DNA from: Gammaproteobacteria bacterium
Lineage (GTDB): Bacteria; Pseudomonadota; Gammaproteobacteria; Arenicellales; JAJDZL01
Length of the DNA: 64,000 nt
Direction of reading: 5' to 3'
Assembly (NCBI GenBank): GCA_022823405.1
Contig: JAJDXD010000138.1
Location: forward strand, 492-64,491
The position numbers and the translations under genes are program-made. The notes below the pieces were generated by a model that searched no databases, had not been told where the DNA came from, and was given only the letters and a program-made list of their open reading frames with translations. Shown piece after piece: positions 54,589 to 64,000 of the stretch; the first letter of the stretch is position 1, and the number at the start of each line of letters is the position of its first letter.

Positions 54589-55631
54589 TGCCTTCAATGG
54601 ACTTGCTTAACGACACAATTCCAGTCGTAACTGACACATTCAATGATCTGTCGCTAGATTCCAGCAGTTCAATCAAGCGCTGGAATTTTTTCTCCACACT
54701 CCATGCAAATGGAATCAGAGGGCTAACTCGCGCCAAAATTCGGGAAGTTCAGGTCAATGTAGGTAAACTCTGCAATCAGGCGTGTAATCACTGTCACGTG
54801 GATGCAGGCCCCAATCGAACTGAAATCATGACTTGGGAAATCATGGAAAAAATCGCCCGCTGGTGTGTCGATAACCAGGTCGAATCAGTCGATATAACCG
54901 GTGGAGCACCGGAACTCAACCCGAATTTCAGACGTTTCGCCAACACCTGTCTCGCGAACAACATGTTAGTTACCTCGCGATGCAACCTGACAGTGTTGCT
55001 GATCGATGGGCAAGAGGACCTCGCCGCCTGGTATGCCGAGCGCCGAGTGAAACTGATCTGTTCGCTGCCCTGTTATACCAAGGACAATCTCGAGCAGCAA
55101 CGTGGTAAAGGTACTTTTGGACAGAGTATCAGTGCCCTGCAAATTTTGAACAAGCACGGCTACGGCATCCTTCCACACCTGGAGCTAGACCTCGTTTATA
55201 ACCCCAACGGAGCATTTCTGCCACCGGCTCAGGATTCGTTGGAAGCAACTTACAAAGTTCGTCTTGAAGAAGATTTCGGTATTCATTTCAACCGACTTTA
55301 CACGCTTACGAATTTACCAATCAGCCGCTTCCGACACTATCTGAAACGAACGGGGGAATATGACGGCTACATGAACCTTCTGCAGCAGAAATTTAATCCG
55401 CAGACAGTACCAAACCTGATGTGTCGACACATCATCAGCGTAGACTGGTTAGGGAGAATCTACGACTGTGACTTCAATCAGATGCTGGATATTCCAGCTG
55501 GCTGGCACAAGCCTAGATATCTCTGGGAACAAGATCTTGATCAGTTCACGAATGACCGTATTGCAGTCGATTCCCATTGCTTTGGGTGTACAGCTGGTGC
55601 GGGAAGCAGTTGCGGCGGTTCACTCGCGTAA
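54588..55631 (+). CDS. Radical SAM / Cys-rich domain protein, ArsS-like (TIGR04167-type, Cys form)
   Basis: The radical SAM motif CNQACNHCHV, then ITGGAPELNP, LVYNP, YDCDFNQ, and a C-terminal HCFGCTAGAGSSCGGSL. GTG 54588 overlaps the DoxX stop by 1 nt; an alternative ATG lies at 54597. Confidence 0.8.
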   Translation: MPSMDLLNDTIPVVTDTFNDLSLDSSSSIKRWNFFSTLHANGIRGLTRAKIREVQVNVGKLCNQACNHCHVDAGPNRTEIMTWEIMEKIARWCVDNQVESVDITGGAPELNPNFRRFANTCLANNMLVTSRCNLTVLLIDGQEDLAAWYAERRVKLICSLPCYTKDNLEQQRGKGTFGQSISALQILNKHGYGILPHLELDLVYNPNGAFLPPAQDSLEATYKVRLEEDFGIHFNRLYTLTNLPISRFRHYLKRTGEYDGYMNLLQQKFNPQTVPNLMCRHIISVDWLGRIYDCDFNQMLDIPAGWHKPRYLWEQDLDQFTNDRIAVDSHCFGCTAGAGSSCGGSLA

Positions 55632-55640
55632 TTCTTTAAA

Positions 55641-56381
55641 CTATTTGACCAATCGCTGTCGATACGCTTCAAAAGCAACCACCCCAACCGCAACAGAAAC
55701 GTTAAGACTTGAAATTTTGCCCCGCATGGGTATGCAGGCGAGCTGATCACATCGCTTTCTGGTTCCAACCCGCATTCCAGTCTCTTCCGTGCCGAATACC
55801 AGCACGCATTTTTCCGATAGATCTAAATCGTAGACAGATTCGGTCGCATCGTCTTCGAGTCCCACGACAAAGTATTCCTGCGACTTCAACTCATCCAGCG
55901 TACGAATGAGATTTGATGCGCGGTAAATCGGGGTGGTTTCCACCGCTCCCGCCGCTGTTCGAGAAACGGTCGCTGTAAGCGCGCAGCCGCGACTGCGGGG
56001 TAGAATGACGCCTCCCGCACCAGCAGCGTTGGCACTTCGAAAGCAGGCACCAAGATTACGCGGATCCATAATTCCATCCAAAGCAACAAGCAGATTTGAA
56101 TCCGAAAGCGTACCAAGCCATTCCGATAAACTTTTACCGTGCGTGTCACCGACCCGAAAATGGCTGAGAATAATAACTCCCTGATGTTTGTTTCCTTCAG
56201 AGATCTCAGCCAGATCACTGTTTGGCAAACGTTTGATTTTGATCCGGCGACTTCTTGCAATTTGCTCAATTTCCCGCAAGCGACGATCTTGTCGTTTGGC
56301 ACTTAATAACACCGTTTCAATATCGTCTGCGCGGTTTTTCAGCATCGCGATGGCGACATGTATGCCGTAATGTTTTTGCAT
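55641..56381 (-). CDS. rlmB: 23S rRNA (guanosine-2'-O)-methyltransferase RlmB (SpoU/TrmH family)
   Basis: The SpoU motifs (LDGIMDPRNLGACFRSA, LVFGTEETG, IPMRGKISSLNVSVA), and its position downstream of rnr. Confidence 0.85.
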   Translation of the reverse strand: MQKHYGIHVAIAMLKNRADDIETVLLSAKRQDRRLREIEQIARSRRIKIKRLPNSDLAEISEGNKHQGVIILSHFRVGDTHGKSLSEWLGTLSDSNLLVALDGIMDPRNLGACFRSANAAGAGGVILPRSRGCALTATVSRTAAGAVETTPIYRASNLIRTLDELKSQEYFVVGLEDDATESVYDLDLSEKCVLVFGTEETGMRVGTRKRCDQLACIPMRGKISSLNVSVAVGVVAFEAYRQRLVK

Positions 56382-56482
56382 TTTGAAATTTACTTTAGAT
56401 GCGTTGTTAATTCAGTTCGATTCGCAATACCAGGTCTTTACCAAGTTCTGTTTATGAAAGCCATCATCCCAAGAATCTATTG

Positions 56483-58429
56483 TCAAGCCAGTTCAAAATT
56501 GACGTGACCCAACTCAGGATCGGCACCCGCGACTCTGACTTTCAAGCTGTCACCAATGCTGAAACGCCTGCCAGTACGGTCGCTGACCAGATTTCTTGAC
56601 GATTCTTCATAAGTGAAATATTCACGCCCCAAATCCGATACATGAATCATACCGTCAACATACGGTGAATCCAATTGAACAAATACTCCAAAACGTCTGC
56701 AATCGGTAACGACCGCATCAAACCTCTCTCCTACACGTGATTTCATCAGTTCCGCCTTAAGCCAACTTTCAGCATCCCTCGCACAGCTTTCTGCACGACG
56801 CTCCGTTCGGGAACTCTGCTCTGCAACTGATGTGAGTACCGATTCTTCAGGATTATCTCCGGTGTTATTCAATACGCGTTTAATCATTCGGTGAACGACC
56901 AAGTCCGGGTATCTTCGAATTGGTGAAGTGAAATGCGTATATTCGGAGTAATTCAATGCGAAGTGAGAACTGTTCTTTGAAGAGTAAATTGCCATTTCCA
57001 GGCTACGCAGAAGGTGAATCTGGAATGCAGAATACATCGTAGGACTTCGCTTTCTCAACTGGTCAGACACAATCTGGTAGTGCACCAATGTCGATTCTGA
57101 GGTCAATTTATGTCTCACACCAATGTCGGACAGCATTTGATTGATGAATTGCAGATTAGCCTCTTTCGGCGAACCATGAACCCGATACATTCCGGCATCC
57201 GGATAATGTTCGGCGATAAAATTTGCTGCACATGTATTTGCCGCAAGCATTGCCTCTTCTATCAAGCTGTGAGATAGAAACTTTTGGTCTTTGGAGACAT
57301 CTACCACCGCCCCTGAGGAATCAAAATTAATACTCGGCGCCGGTATATCCAAATTCAATGCACCTCTCGCATTTCTCGCCACCAATAATATTTCGTGCAG
57401 TTCAAACAATCGCTGAATGTTATTCGAAACTTCGTCAGTCCGCGTCCCGTTGATTCCTGAATTTGCTACTTCTTCATAATTCAACCTTGCCCGAGACCTA
57501 ATCACAGCTTCGTAAAATCTATAGGAATCGACCGTTCCATTGGCACTGACGGCCATTTCACAGACCAGTGCCAGTCGATCCAAGTCGGGTTTCAGCGAGC
57601 ACGCTTCACTAGAGAGCTCAGGTGGAAGCATCGGTACAGATTGACAAGGAAAATAAATCGATGCGCCTCTTTTCAAAGCCTCAGCATCGAGCAAAGTTCC
57701 AGGTTTGACGTAGTGAGCGACATCAGCGATTGCAACCCACAATCGATATCCATCATGCTCTGAGCGTTCACAGTAAACAGCATCATCATGATCTTTGGCA
57801 TCTCCCGGATCAATCGTCACGAAGGCCAGGTCCCTTAAATCTTTACGGTTAGCCACTTCACTTTCCGTGCAGATCAAAGCGACATCGTCCAAATCAGTTT
57901 TCATGCGCTTAGGCCAATTCTTCCGAATTCCGAATCTGGTCAGCGCAACCGCCGCTGCCACATCACACCGATTGTCCAAAATTTGATCGATCGAACTAAG
58001 TTCCCAAACAACACCTCGGCGCGGTCGTGTCGGCTGTCGTTTCAAAGTCGCAATCACATACTGATTGTGAGCAATTGATTGTAGTTTCTCAGAAGTTTCA
58101 ACCCTACCGGGTACAAATAAACCGATAGGTTCCAAAGTAGGTGTCAAGCGTGACATTCTGTGTCTAACTCGCAGGACAACCTGACACACTCCAAGAGACT
58201 CTACACTTAATGACTCAGGACTGAATTGGATTAATTCTTTGTGCAATCCGTGTGCGTCAGACACCCGATCCCCAGGCAGCAAAACTGGACAATCCACAGC
58301 GGGAAGCTTCAATAACTCTCCGTTATCTTTTCTTAACCAAATTTGACGAATGCTTGCATACTCAACGGTCGCGCAAGTCCGTTTGGGCTGCATTTTGGCG
58401 CGAGATTTGCGGCCTCTCTGCTTCTTCAT
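56483..58429 (-). CDS. rnr: Ribonuclease R (short form)
   Basis: RNB catalytic region (TIDPGDAKDHDDAV, YFPCQSVPMLP, HFALNYSEYTHFTSPIRRYPDLVVHR) and a C-terminal S1 domain. It shows rnr-rlmB synteny. Confidence 0.85.
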   Translation of the reverse strand: MKKQRGRKSRAKMQPKRTCATVEYASIRQIWLRKDNGELLKLPAVDCPVLLPGDRVSDAHGLHKELIQFSPESLSVESLGVCQVVLRVRHRMSRLTPTLEPIGLFVPGRVETSEKLQSIAHNQYVIATLKRQPTRPRRGVVWELSSIDQILDNRCDVAAAVALTRFGIRKNWPKRMKTDLDDVALICTESEVANRKDLRDLAFVTIDPGDAKDHDDAVYCERSEHDGYRLWVAIADVAHYVKPGTLLDAEALKRGASIYFPCQSVPMLPPELSSEACSLKPDLDRLALVCEMAVSANGTVDSYRFYEAVIRSRARLNYEEVANSGINGTRTDEVSNNIQRLFELHEILLVARNARGALNLDIPAPSINFDSSGAVVDVSKDQKFLSHSLIEEAMLAANTCAANFIAEHYPDAGMYRVHGSPKEANLQFINQMLSDIGVRHKLTSESTLVHYQIVSDQLRKRSPTMYSAFQIHLLRSLEMAIYSSKNSSHFALNYSEYTHFTSPIRRYPDLVVHRMIKRVLNNTGDNPEESVLTSVAEQSSRTERRAESCARDAESWLKAELMKSRVGERFDAVVTDCRRFGVFVQLDSPYVDGMIHVSDLGREYFTYEESSRNLVSDRTGRRFSIGDSLKVRVAGADPELGHVNFELA

Positions 58430-58492
58430 CTATATATGTCAAATTGTGATGCCCTTCGGCCGCCTGCCAACGACCGCATGTTGTATCCGAGT

Positions 58493-59233
58493 TTAGCGGA
58501 CGGTTTCGACCGGATCAAGGCAATCGGGATTGTTGTATGCTGGGTAGTTAATGCGAGTGGAAATTGGATCAGCGGTCATTTGTTCTTCTGGATATGGAAC
58601 AGCCAACTGCAACGCCAATTGACTGTTACTGCCCAACCAGTCATCCCAGTTCTCCGGGTCAAGGATAACTGGCATTCGAAAATTTGAATTATGAATCTTT
58701 TCCATTAGCGCGTTCGCTTTCGTTGTGACAATCGTACAAGACACAAACATTGAGCCATCCTCTGTCCGACCGTGCTCCCAAAGACCGGCAAATGCCATAA
58801 CGGGCTGTTCACAGTGGTAAATGTGCCATGGTTGCTTACGTTTCTGACCTTCAACAATTTGCCATTCGTAAAAACCAGTGGCTGGAATCAGGCATCGTTG
58901 AGATTTCTTCCAGGTGTTTCGGTAGCTGGGTTTAGCAGTCATCGATTCGCTTCTAGCGTTTGCTGTCGAAAACTTCGGCACCTCTGAACCTGCCCAATAA
59001 GGAATCAAAGGCCAAATCGCGCTTTGCAAAAGGCGTTGTTTTTCAGAACTTAACCGAACAACCGGAATTTTGGTCAAACCTTCGTCATCAGCCGTCTTGA
59101 CGACGGTTTGTTTCACCGATGGGCTAATGTTGTAAGACTTGGAAAATGACTCAATTTGAACGTTTTCGTTCAAAATGTCGAATGTCGTCATCAACGCATC
59201 CGCATCAGTGAGGATGTTAAAGCGTCCACACAT
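58493..59233 (-). CDS. yedK: SOS response-associated peptidase (SRAP/YedK), abasic-site processing protein
   Basis: The N-terminal MCGRF with catalytic Cys2, and the PAYN and FYEW motifs. Confidence 0.85.
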   Translation of the reverse strand: MCGRFNILTDADALMTTFDILNENVQIESFSKSYNISPSVKQTVVKTADDEGLTKIPVVRLSSEKQRLLQSAIWPLIPYWAGSEVPKFSTANARSESMTAKPSYRNTWKKSQRCLIPATGFYEWQIVEGQKRKQPWHIYHCEQPVMAFAGLWEHGRTEDGSMFVSCTIVTTKANALMEKIHNSNFRMPVILDPENWDDWLGSNSQLALQLAVPYPEEQMTADPISTRINYPAYNNPDCLDPVETVR

Positions 59234-59254
59234 GATGAATTCACAGATTGAATT

Positions 59255-59332
59255 TGGCGCGCCCGGAGGGATTCGAACCCCCGACTCCCAGATTCGTAGT
59301 CTGGTACTCTAATCCAGCTGAGCTACGGGCGC
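59255..59332 (-). tRNA. tRNA-Arg (anticodon ACG)
   Basis: The reverse complement is GCGCCCGTAGCTCAGCTGGATTAGAGTACCAGACTACGAATCTGGGAGTCGGGGGTTCGAATCCCTCCGGGCGCGCCA. It folds as a cloverleaf with anticodon loop CTACGAA. Confidence 0.9.
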
Positions 59333-59380
59333 AATTTCAAGGCAGAGTAATTCGTTAATCTATTCATCCAAATTCTGCCT

Positions 59381-59469
59381 TGGCGGAGAGGGTGGGATTC
59401 GAACCCACGATGGGGGTTGCCCATACTCCCTTAGCAGGGGAGCGCCTTCAGCCGCTCGGCCACCTCTCC
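59381..59469 (-). tRNA. tRNA-Ser (anticodon GCT)
   Basis: The reverse complement is GGAGAGGTGGCCGAGCGGCTGAAGGCGCTCCCCTGCTAAGGGAG...GTGGGTTCGAATCCCACCCTCTCCGCCA. It has a long variable arm and anticodon loop CTGCTAA. Confidence 0.9.
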
Positions 59470-59535
59470 GGTAATGATGATGACTGATCATAGCTTCGAT
59501 GAAATCAATGCCAGCCGGAGAAAATTCACCGGTAT

Positions 59536-59718
59536 TTACTCTTCTTCTTGCGCCTTTTCATTTTGTATGCGTTCGTAAATCTCTTCACGATACACACTGA
59601 CACTTTTAGGAGCGTCAATACCCAAACGAACCTGATTCCCCTTAGTCCCGAGAATTGTGACAGTAATATTGCCGTCTATTTTTACGGATTCTCCAATCCT
59701 TCTTGTCAATATTAACAC
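59536..59718 (-). CDS. csrA: Carbon storage regulator CsrA/RsmA
   Basis: [51 protein letters not shown] is near-canonical CsrA. Confidence 0.95.
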   Translation of the reverse strand: MLILTRRIGESVKIDGNITVTILGTKGNQVRLGIDAPKSVSVYREEIYERIQNEKAQEEE

Positions 59719-60077
59719 AAGTTAAAAACCTCCTAGCGTTGCAGAACTGTCCGTAGAACCACTCTGCAAATTGTCTAAATAAAACCAATCCTTCGATGAA
59801 CCGGAGTTAGAGATCCAGCCTAACTTCGTTGATCGTATGTGACCAAATCAGGTAATTATATGGTGAGAAGAATGCACTATGTTGCTACCCTGCAATTCGA
59901 AAAACGCCGCCCGCTGCCTGGCAGAATTTGAATAACGATTCATTTGTCGATACAGCCTGCCGCACTTGATCCCAAGACTTGCCTACATCGCACTGAGAAC
60001 ACCGTCCATGTCTGAATAACTCCTGAAACATGGCTTGTGATAAGTGGAAATTAGGTAAATTTATAACCATGCGGATT

Positions 60078-61340
60078 TCAGCTACGGAATTGACTCTGTG
60101 GACCAAATTCTTCAATGGGCTCGTGTTCTTCGCTGAGCCCAAACGCATTATGTAGTGCTCTGACACCGAGCTCTACATATTTTTCTTCTACGATAACAGA
60201 AATTTTAATTTCGGATGTCGAAATCATCTGAATGTTAATACCTTCTTCGGCCAATACGCGAAACATTGTCGTTGCAACACCTGAATGTGAACGCATTCCA
60301 ACACCGACTAGAGAGATTTTAGCGATGTCATCCGTAGCGACGATGTCCTGAGCACCGATTTGAGGAATAACTTCTCTCAAAATTCGAAGGCTATTATGAA
60401 ATTCAGTTCGGTCCACCGTGAAAGTCAGATCAGTGTTGTTGTCACTTCCGACATTCTGAATGATCATGTCAACATTAATTTGAGCGTCAGCGATAGGCCC
60501 AAATACTTTGGATGCAATTCCAGGCCGATCCGGAACGTTTTTGATAGTCAATTTAGCCTCATTAATGTTGTAGGCAACACCCGTAATTTTGGGTTGCTCC
60601 ATTCGATTTTCCTCCGAAGTGATCAAAGTTCCCGATACATCACGAAATGATGACAGGACGTGTATGGGTACACCATACTTGTAAGCAAATTCCACTGCGC
60701 GGATCTGAAGTACCTTCGCACCTGAACTTGATAGTTCCAGCATTTCTTCAGCTGTGATTCTGGAAAGAACGCGGGCATCTGGAACAATCCTGGGGTCTGC
60801 TGTTAAAACACCATCCACATCGGTGTATATCCGGCAGACTGATGCTGGCAGTGCTGCAGCCAAAGCGACTGCGGTTGTATCCGAACCGCCGCGACCCAGT
60901 GTGGTAATGTCGCCATTTACATTTACACCCTGAAATCCAGCAACCACAACAATGGTCCCTGACTCCAAATCGCTCAATATCCCATCGCGATCAATATGCT
61001 CGACACGTGCCTTACCATGCATGGTGCTGGTTTGAATCGGAACCTGCAAGCCTGTATAGGATCGGGCACTATAACCCTCGCGTTCTAAGGCCATACAGAG
61101 AAGGCCTATTGTTACTTGTTCACCTGTACTCATCACAACATCCAGTTCCCTGGTGGAGGGCTCAGGTGAAATTTGATGAGCCAACTGAATCAGTCGATTG
61201 GTTTCGCCTTCCATGGCAGATAGCACAACAACAACACGATAACCATCCTCAACCGTGCGAATCACCCGGTTCGCAACTCGATTGATCTTTTCGACTGTAC
61301 CGACGGATGAACCACCGAACTTTTCGACAACAATATCCAT
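60078..61340 (-). CDS. lysC: Aspartate kinase (monofunctional class, tandem ACT domains)
   Basis: VEKFGGSSV, VVVLSAM, LGRGGSDTTA, and two C-terminal ACT-like repeats. It shows alaS-lysC-csrA synteny. Confidence 0.9.
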   Translation of the reverse strand: MDIVVEKFGGSSVGTVEKINRVANRVIRTVEDGYRVVVVLSAMEGETNRLIQLAHQISPEPSTRELDVVMSTGEQVTIGLLCMALEREGYSARSYTGLQVPIQTSTMHGKARVEHIDRDGILSDLESGTIVVVAGFQGVNVNGDITTLGRGGSDTTAVALAAALPASVCRIYTDVDGVLTADPRIVPDARVLSRITAEEMLELSSSGAKVLQIRAVEFAYKYGVPIHVLSSFRDVSGTLITSEENRMEQPKITGVAYNINEAKLTIKNVPDRPGIASKVFGPIADAQINVDMIIQNVGSDNNTDLTFTVDRTEFHNSLRILREVIPQIGAQDIVATDDIAKISLVGVGMRSHSGVATTMFRVLAEEGINIQMISTSEIKISVIVEEKYVELGVRALHNAFGLSEEHEPIEEFGPQSQFRS

Positions 61341-61406
61341 GCTTATCGTGTTAACCTGAATCAGTAATCAGAAATTTGTGTGAATTGCGGCAGTGGGTCT
61401 ACGAAT

Positions 61407-63995
61407 TCAGGCAATGACGGTTGATACGGCTTCAAGTGCTGCATCAAGCTTGTCTCCTTCCGCACCCCCGCCTTGTGCAAGATGTGCTTTCCCACCACCT
61501 TTGCCACCGACGATCGGTGTAATTTTTCCAATGATGTCGCCAGCATGAAGACGATCAAGCCAGTCTTCTGAAACAGAGCAAATCAATGTCGCTTTGCCCT
61601 TGTTCAATGAACCCAGAACGATCACCCCAGAATCGAGTTTCTGCTGCAGCGATGAAAGGATGTTTCGTAAATCACGTACGTCCGTATCATCGTGTCGACG
61701 TACCAATAGCGGAATGTCTCCAACCTTCTCCACCGAAAGAGTACCATCATCACCACCGCGAGTGGCCAATTGCGCCTTAAGATCGGAAATTTGCCGCTCA
61801 AACAATCGATTGTTTTTCAAAATTTGTGCGACTGAATCTCGCAATTCACCGACGCCAGTATGCATCTGACGCGCAACTTCGGAAAGCATCCGCGATTCTG
61901 CCTGCATCAACTCAACCGCCTGGGTACCGGTCAAAGCTTCAATGCGACGAATTCCAGAAGCAATGCTGGACTCATCAACAATCTTGAACAGTCCTATATC
62001 ACCGGTACGATCAACGTGAGTACCCCCACACAATTCAAGTGAATAATCTCCCATTGCAACGACGCGTACTCTTGCATCATACTTTTCACCGAATAGTGCT
62101 GCGGCACCTTTGGCCTTCGCCGCGTCCAGGTCCATCAGTTCTTTCGTAACCGAATAGTTCTGGCGAATTGCATCGTTCACCTCGCGTTCGATTTTCTCCA
62201 ACTCCTCACCGCTCAGTGCAGAATCATGTGCGAAATCAAAACGTAGTCGGTCCGAAGCAACCAGAGAACCTTTTTGCTGAACGTGCGAACCTAGGTTGTT
62301 CATTAATGCTGAGTGCAAAAGATGCGTAGCCGAATGATTGTTCATTGTCGAATAGCGAAGTTCCGCATCAACCTCAGCCGAAACTCTATCGCCTACTTGA
62401 AACTCACCCTTAACTACACTGCCGATGTGCCCGATTACCTTACCTGATACATATTGTGTGTCGTCCACCCGAAATTCACTACCGTTGATCACAATAATCC
62501 CATGGTCACCAACCTGACCACCGCTTTCGGCATAGAACGGTGTCGATTCAAGAATCACTGTTGCGTTGTCACCTTCAATCACAGCAGTTTCATGGCTGCC
62601 ATCGACGATGATTGCAGCAATATCACTTTCTTCCTTCATGTTTTGGTAGCCACTGAACCGAACCTCAATGTCCAGATTTGGAGATTTCGAATCAAGCACC
62701 TCAAATTTGCTTGCCTGCTTGGCTCTGTTACGCTGCTCCTGCATGCACTGCTCAAACCCTTCGGTATCCACAGTGAGATTCATTTCTCGTAGAAAATCCG
62801 CGGTCAAATCCAAAGGAAATCCATACGTGTCATACAATCGAAAAGCGACATCACCCGGCAGTACGGTGCCACCTAGGCCAGCAAGCTCCCGGTCGAGTAT
62901 CTTGAGTCCCTGGTCGAGGGTTCTGGCAAACCGTTCCTCCTCTTTCAACAGTACGCGCTCAACCTTGTCTCTTGCATTTGGCAGTTCGGGGTAAGCATCA
63001 CCCATCTGTTCGACCAGAGAGCCAGTCAATCGATGAAAAAATGGCTCCTTGCAACCGAGTTGATATCCATGACGAATTGCCCGTCTGATTATCCGACGCA
63101 ACACATAACCGCGACCTTCATTGGATGGTGTCACACCATCCGTGATCAGAAATGCTGCTGAACGTATGTGGTCCGCAATGACTCTCAACGATTTGCTGTC
63201 ATGGCTGTCGCAGCCAACCGAACTGGCCGCATCGTGAATCAATGCGCTGAAAAGGTCGATGTCATAATTACTGTACACACCCTGCATAACGGTCGAAATT
63301 CTTTCAAGCCCCATCCCAGTGTCAACCGACGGTTTTGGTAAAGGTGTCAAACTTCCATCAGCAAGTCGCTCATATTGCATGAAGACTAGGTTCCACAATT
63401 CGACATAGCGGTCCCCATCCTGTTCTGGCGTACCTGGAGGACCACCTTCGATTTCAGGCCCATGATCATAGAAAATCTCAGAACACGGACCACAAGGCCC
63501 GGTGTCGCCCATCGCCCAAAAGTTGTCAGAAGTTGAAATGCGGGTAAACCGCTCACCTGGTATGCCAATCTGATTGAGCCAGACTTCAGCCGCTTCGTCA
63601 TCTTCGGTATATACAGTTACCCATAGGCGATCTTCCGGCAGCATGAATCCGCGAGTCAGCAAATCCCACGCGAAATGAATAGCGTCGCGCTTGAAGTAAT
63701 CGCCGAAACTGAAATTGCCCAGCATTTCAAAAAAGGTATGGTGTCGTGCGGTATAGCCAACGTTTTCCAGATCATTGTGCTTTCCTCCAGCCCGTACGCA
63801 GCGCTGGGCAGTAGTCGCGCGTTTGTATGGACGTTTGTCAGCACCTAAAAAGACATCCTTAAACTGCACCATTCCGGAGTTGGTGAAAAGCAGCGTTGGG
63901 TCATTACCAGGAACCAGCGGACTGCTCGGCACAATCTCGTGTCCCGAGTCTGCAAAATACTGCAGAAAAGTCTCTCTAATCTGTGTAGTTTTCAT
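61407..63995 (-). CDS. alaS: Alanyl-tRNA synthetase
   Basis: 862 aa with FTNSGMVQFK, the editing-domain HxxxH (HSATHLLH)...CGGTH, and a C-terminal DHHA1-like region. Confidence 0.95.
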   Translation of the reverse strand: MKTTQIRETFLQYFADSGHEIVPSSPLVPGNDPTLLFTNSGMVQFKDVFLGADKRPYKRATTAQRCVRAGGKHNDLENVGYTARHHTFFEMLGNFSFGDYFKRDAIHFAWDLLTRGFMLPEDRLWVTVYTEDDEAAEVWLNQIGIPGERFTRISTSDNFWAMGDTGPCGPCSEIFYDHGPEIEGGPPGTPEQDGDRYVELWNLVFMQYERLADGSLTPLPKPSVDTGMGLERISTVMQGVYSNYDIDLFSALIHDAASSVGCDSHDSKSLRVIADHIRSAAFLITDGVTPSNEGRGYVLRRIIRRAIRHGYQLGCKEPFFHRLTGSLVEQMGDAYPELPNARDKVERVLLKEEERFARTLDQGLKILDRELAGLGGTVLPGDVAFRLYDTYGFPLDLTADFLREMNLTVDTEGFEQCMQEQRNRAKQASKFEVLDSKSPNLDIEVRFSGYQNMKEESDIAAIIVDGSHETAVIEGDNATVILESTPFYAESGGQVGDHGIIVINGSEFRVDDTQYVSGKVIGHIGSVVKGEFQVGDRVSAEVDAELRYSTMNNHSATHLLHSALMNNLGSHVQQKGSLVASDRLRFDFAHDSALSGEELEKIEREVNDAIRQNYSVTKELMDLDAAKAKGAAALFGEKYDARVRVVAMGDYSLELCGGTHVDRTGDIGLFKIVDESSIASGIRRIEALTGTQAVELMQAESRMLSEVARQMHTGVGELRDSVAQILKNNRLFERQISDLKAQLATRGGDDGTLSVEKVGDIPLLVRRHDDTDVRDLRNILSSLQQKLDSGVIVLGSLNKGKATLICSVSEDWLDRLHAGDIIGKITPIVGGKGGGKAHLAQGGGAEGDKLDAALEAVSTVIA

Positions 63996-64000
63996 GCTGA

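Noticed and set aside
54588-55631. Selenocysteine recoding in the ArsS-like gene
   Set aside because: Some family members carry Sec in the C-terminal GSSxGG motif. Here the codon is a Cys (SSCGG), and there is no in-frame TGA.
59885-60166. 93-aa ORF between csrA and lysC
   Set aside because: It overlaps the lysC 3' end in another frame and has no recognisable motif. The region is more likely the csrA promoter/leader.

Overview
64-kb chromosomal segment with gammaproteobacterial core synteny (Pseudomonadales/Cellvibrionales-like): alaS-lysC-csrA-tRNASer-tRNAArg, rnr-rlmB, smc-zipA-ligA, leuB-asd-fimV...truA, dcd-apbC/metG-rnfB-like-nth and smpB/ratA-rnfH. I support about 57 protein genes, 3 tRNAs, 2 hairpin terminators, one frameshifted small heat-shock gene and one decayed gene fragment. 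I found no IS elements, integrases, CRISPR arrays, prophage genes or recognisable defence genes. Three less ordinary modules sit between the housekeeping blocks. (1) At 52200-55631, a bufferin-type RiPP operon: DUF2282 four-Cys precursor, DUF692/MNIO oxidase, DUF2063 partner and DoxX. An ArsS-like radical-SAM/Cys-rich gene abuts its 3' end (candidate starts 1 nt overlapping or 8 nt past the DoxX stop), and no arsM is in view. This is my best candidate for something under-described. (2) At 2962-8661, a six-gene, overlap-coupled operon mixing MetY with CoA-thioester enzymes. (3) At 9130-17958, a HAAT-type ABC importer bracketed by two adenylate-forming CoA ligases. Smaller oddities are listed in the findings: an hsp20 gene broken by a 1-nt deletion, a decayed Sel1-paralog 5' end duplicated 2.5 kb from its intact copy, a 690-bp ORF-free gap upstream of trpB, and insertions in LigA, LivH and ZipA. 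All functional calls rest on motifs and synteny recalled from memory. No database search was possible, so family names are hypotheses to confirm by HMM/BLAST.
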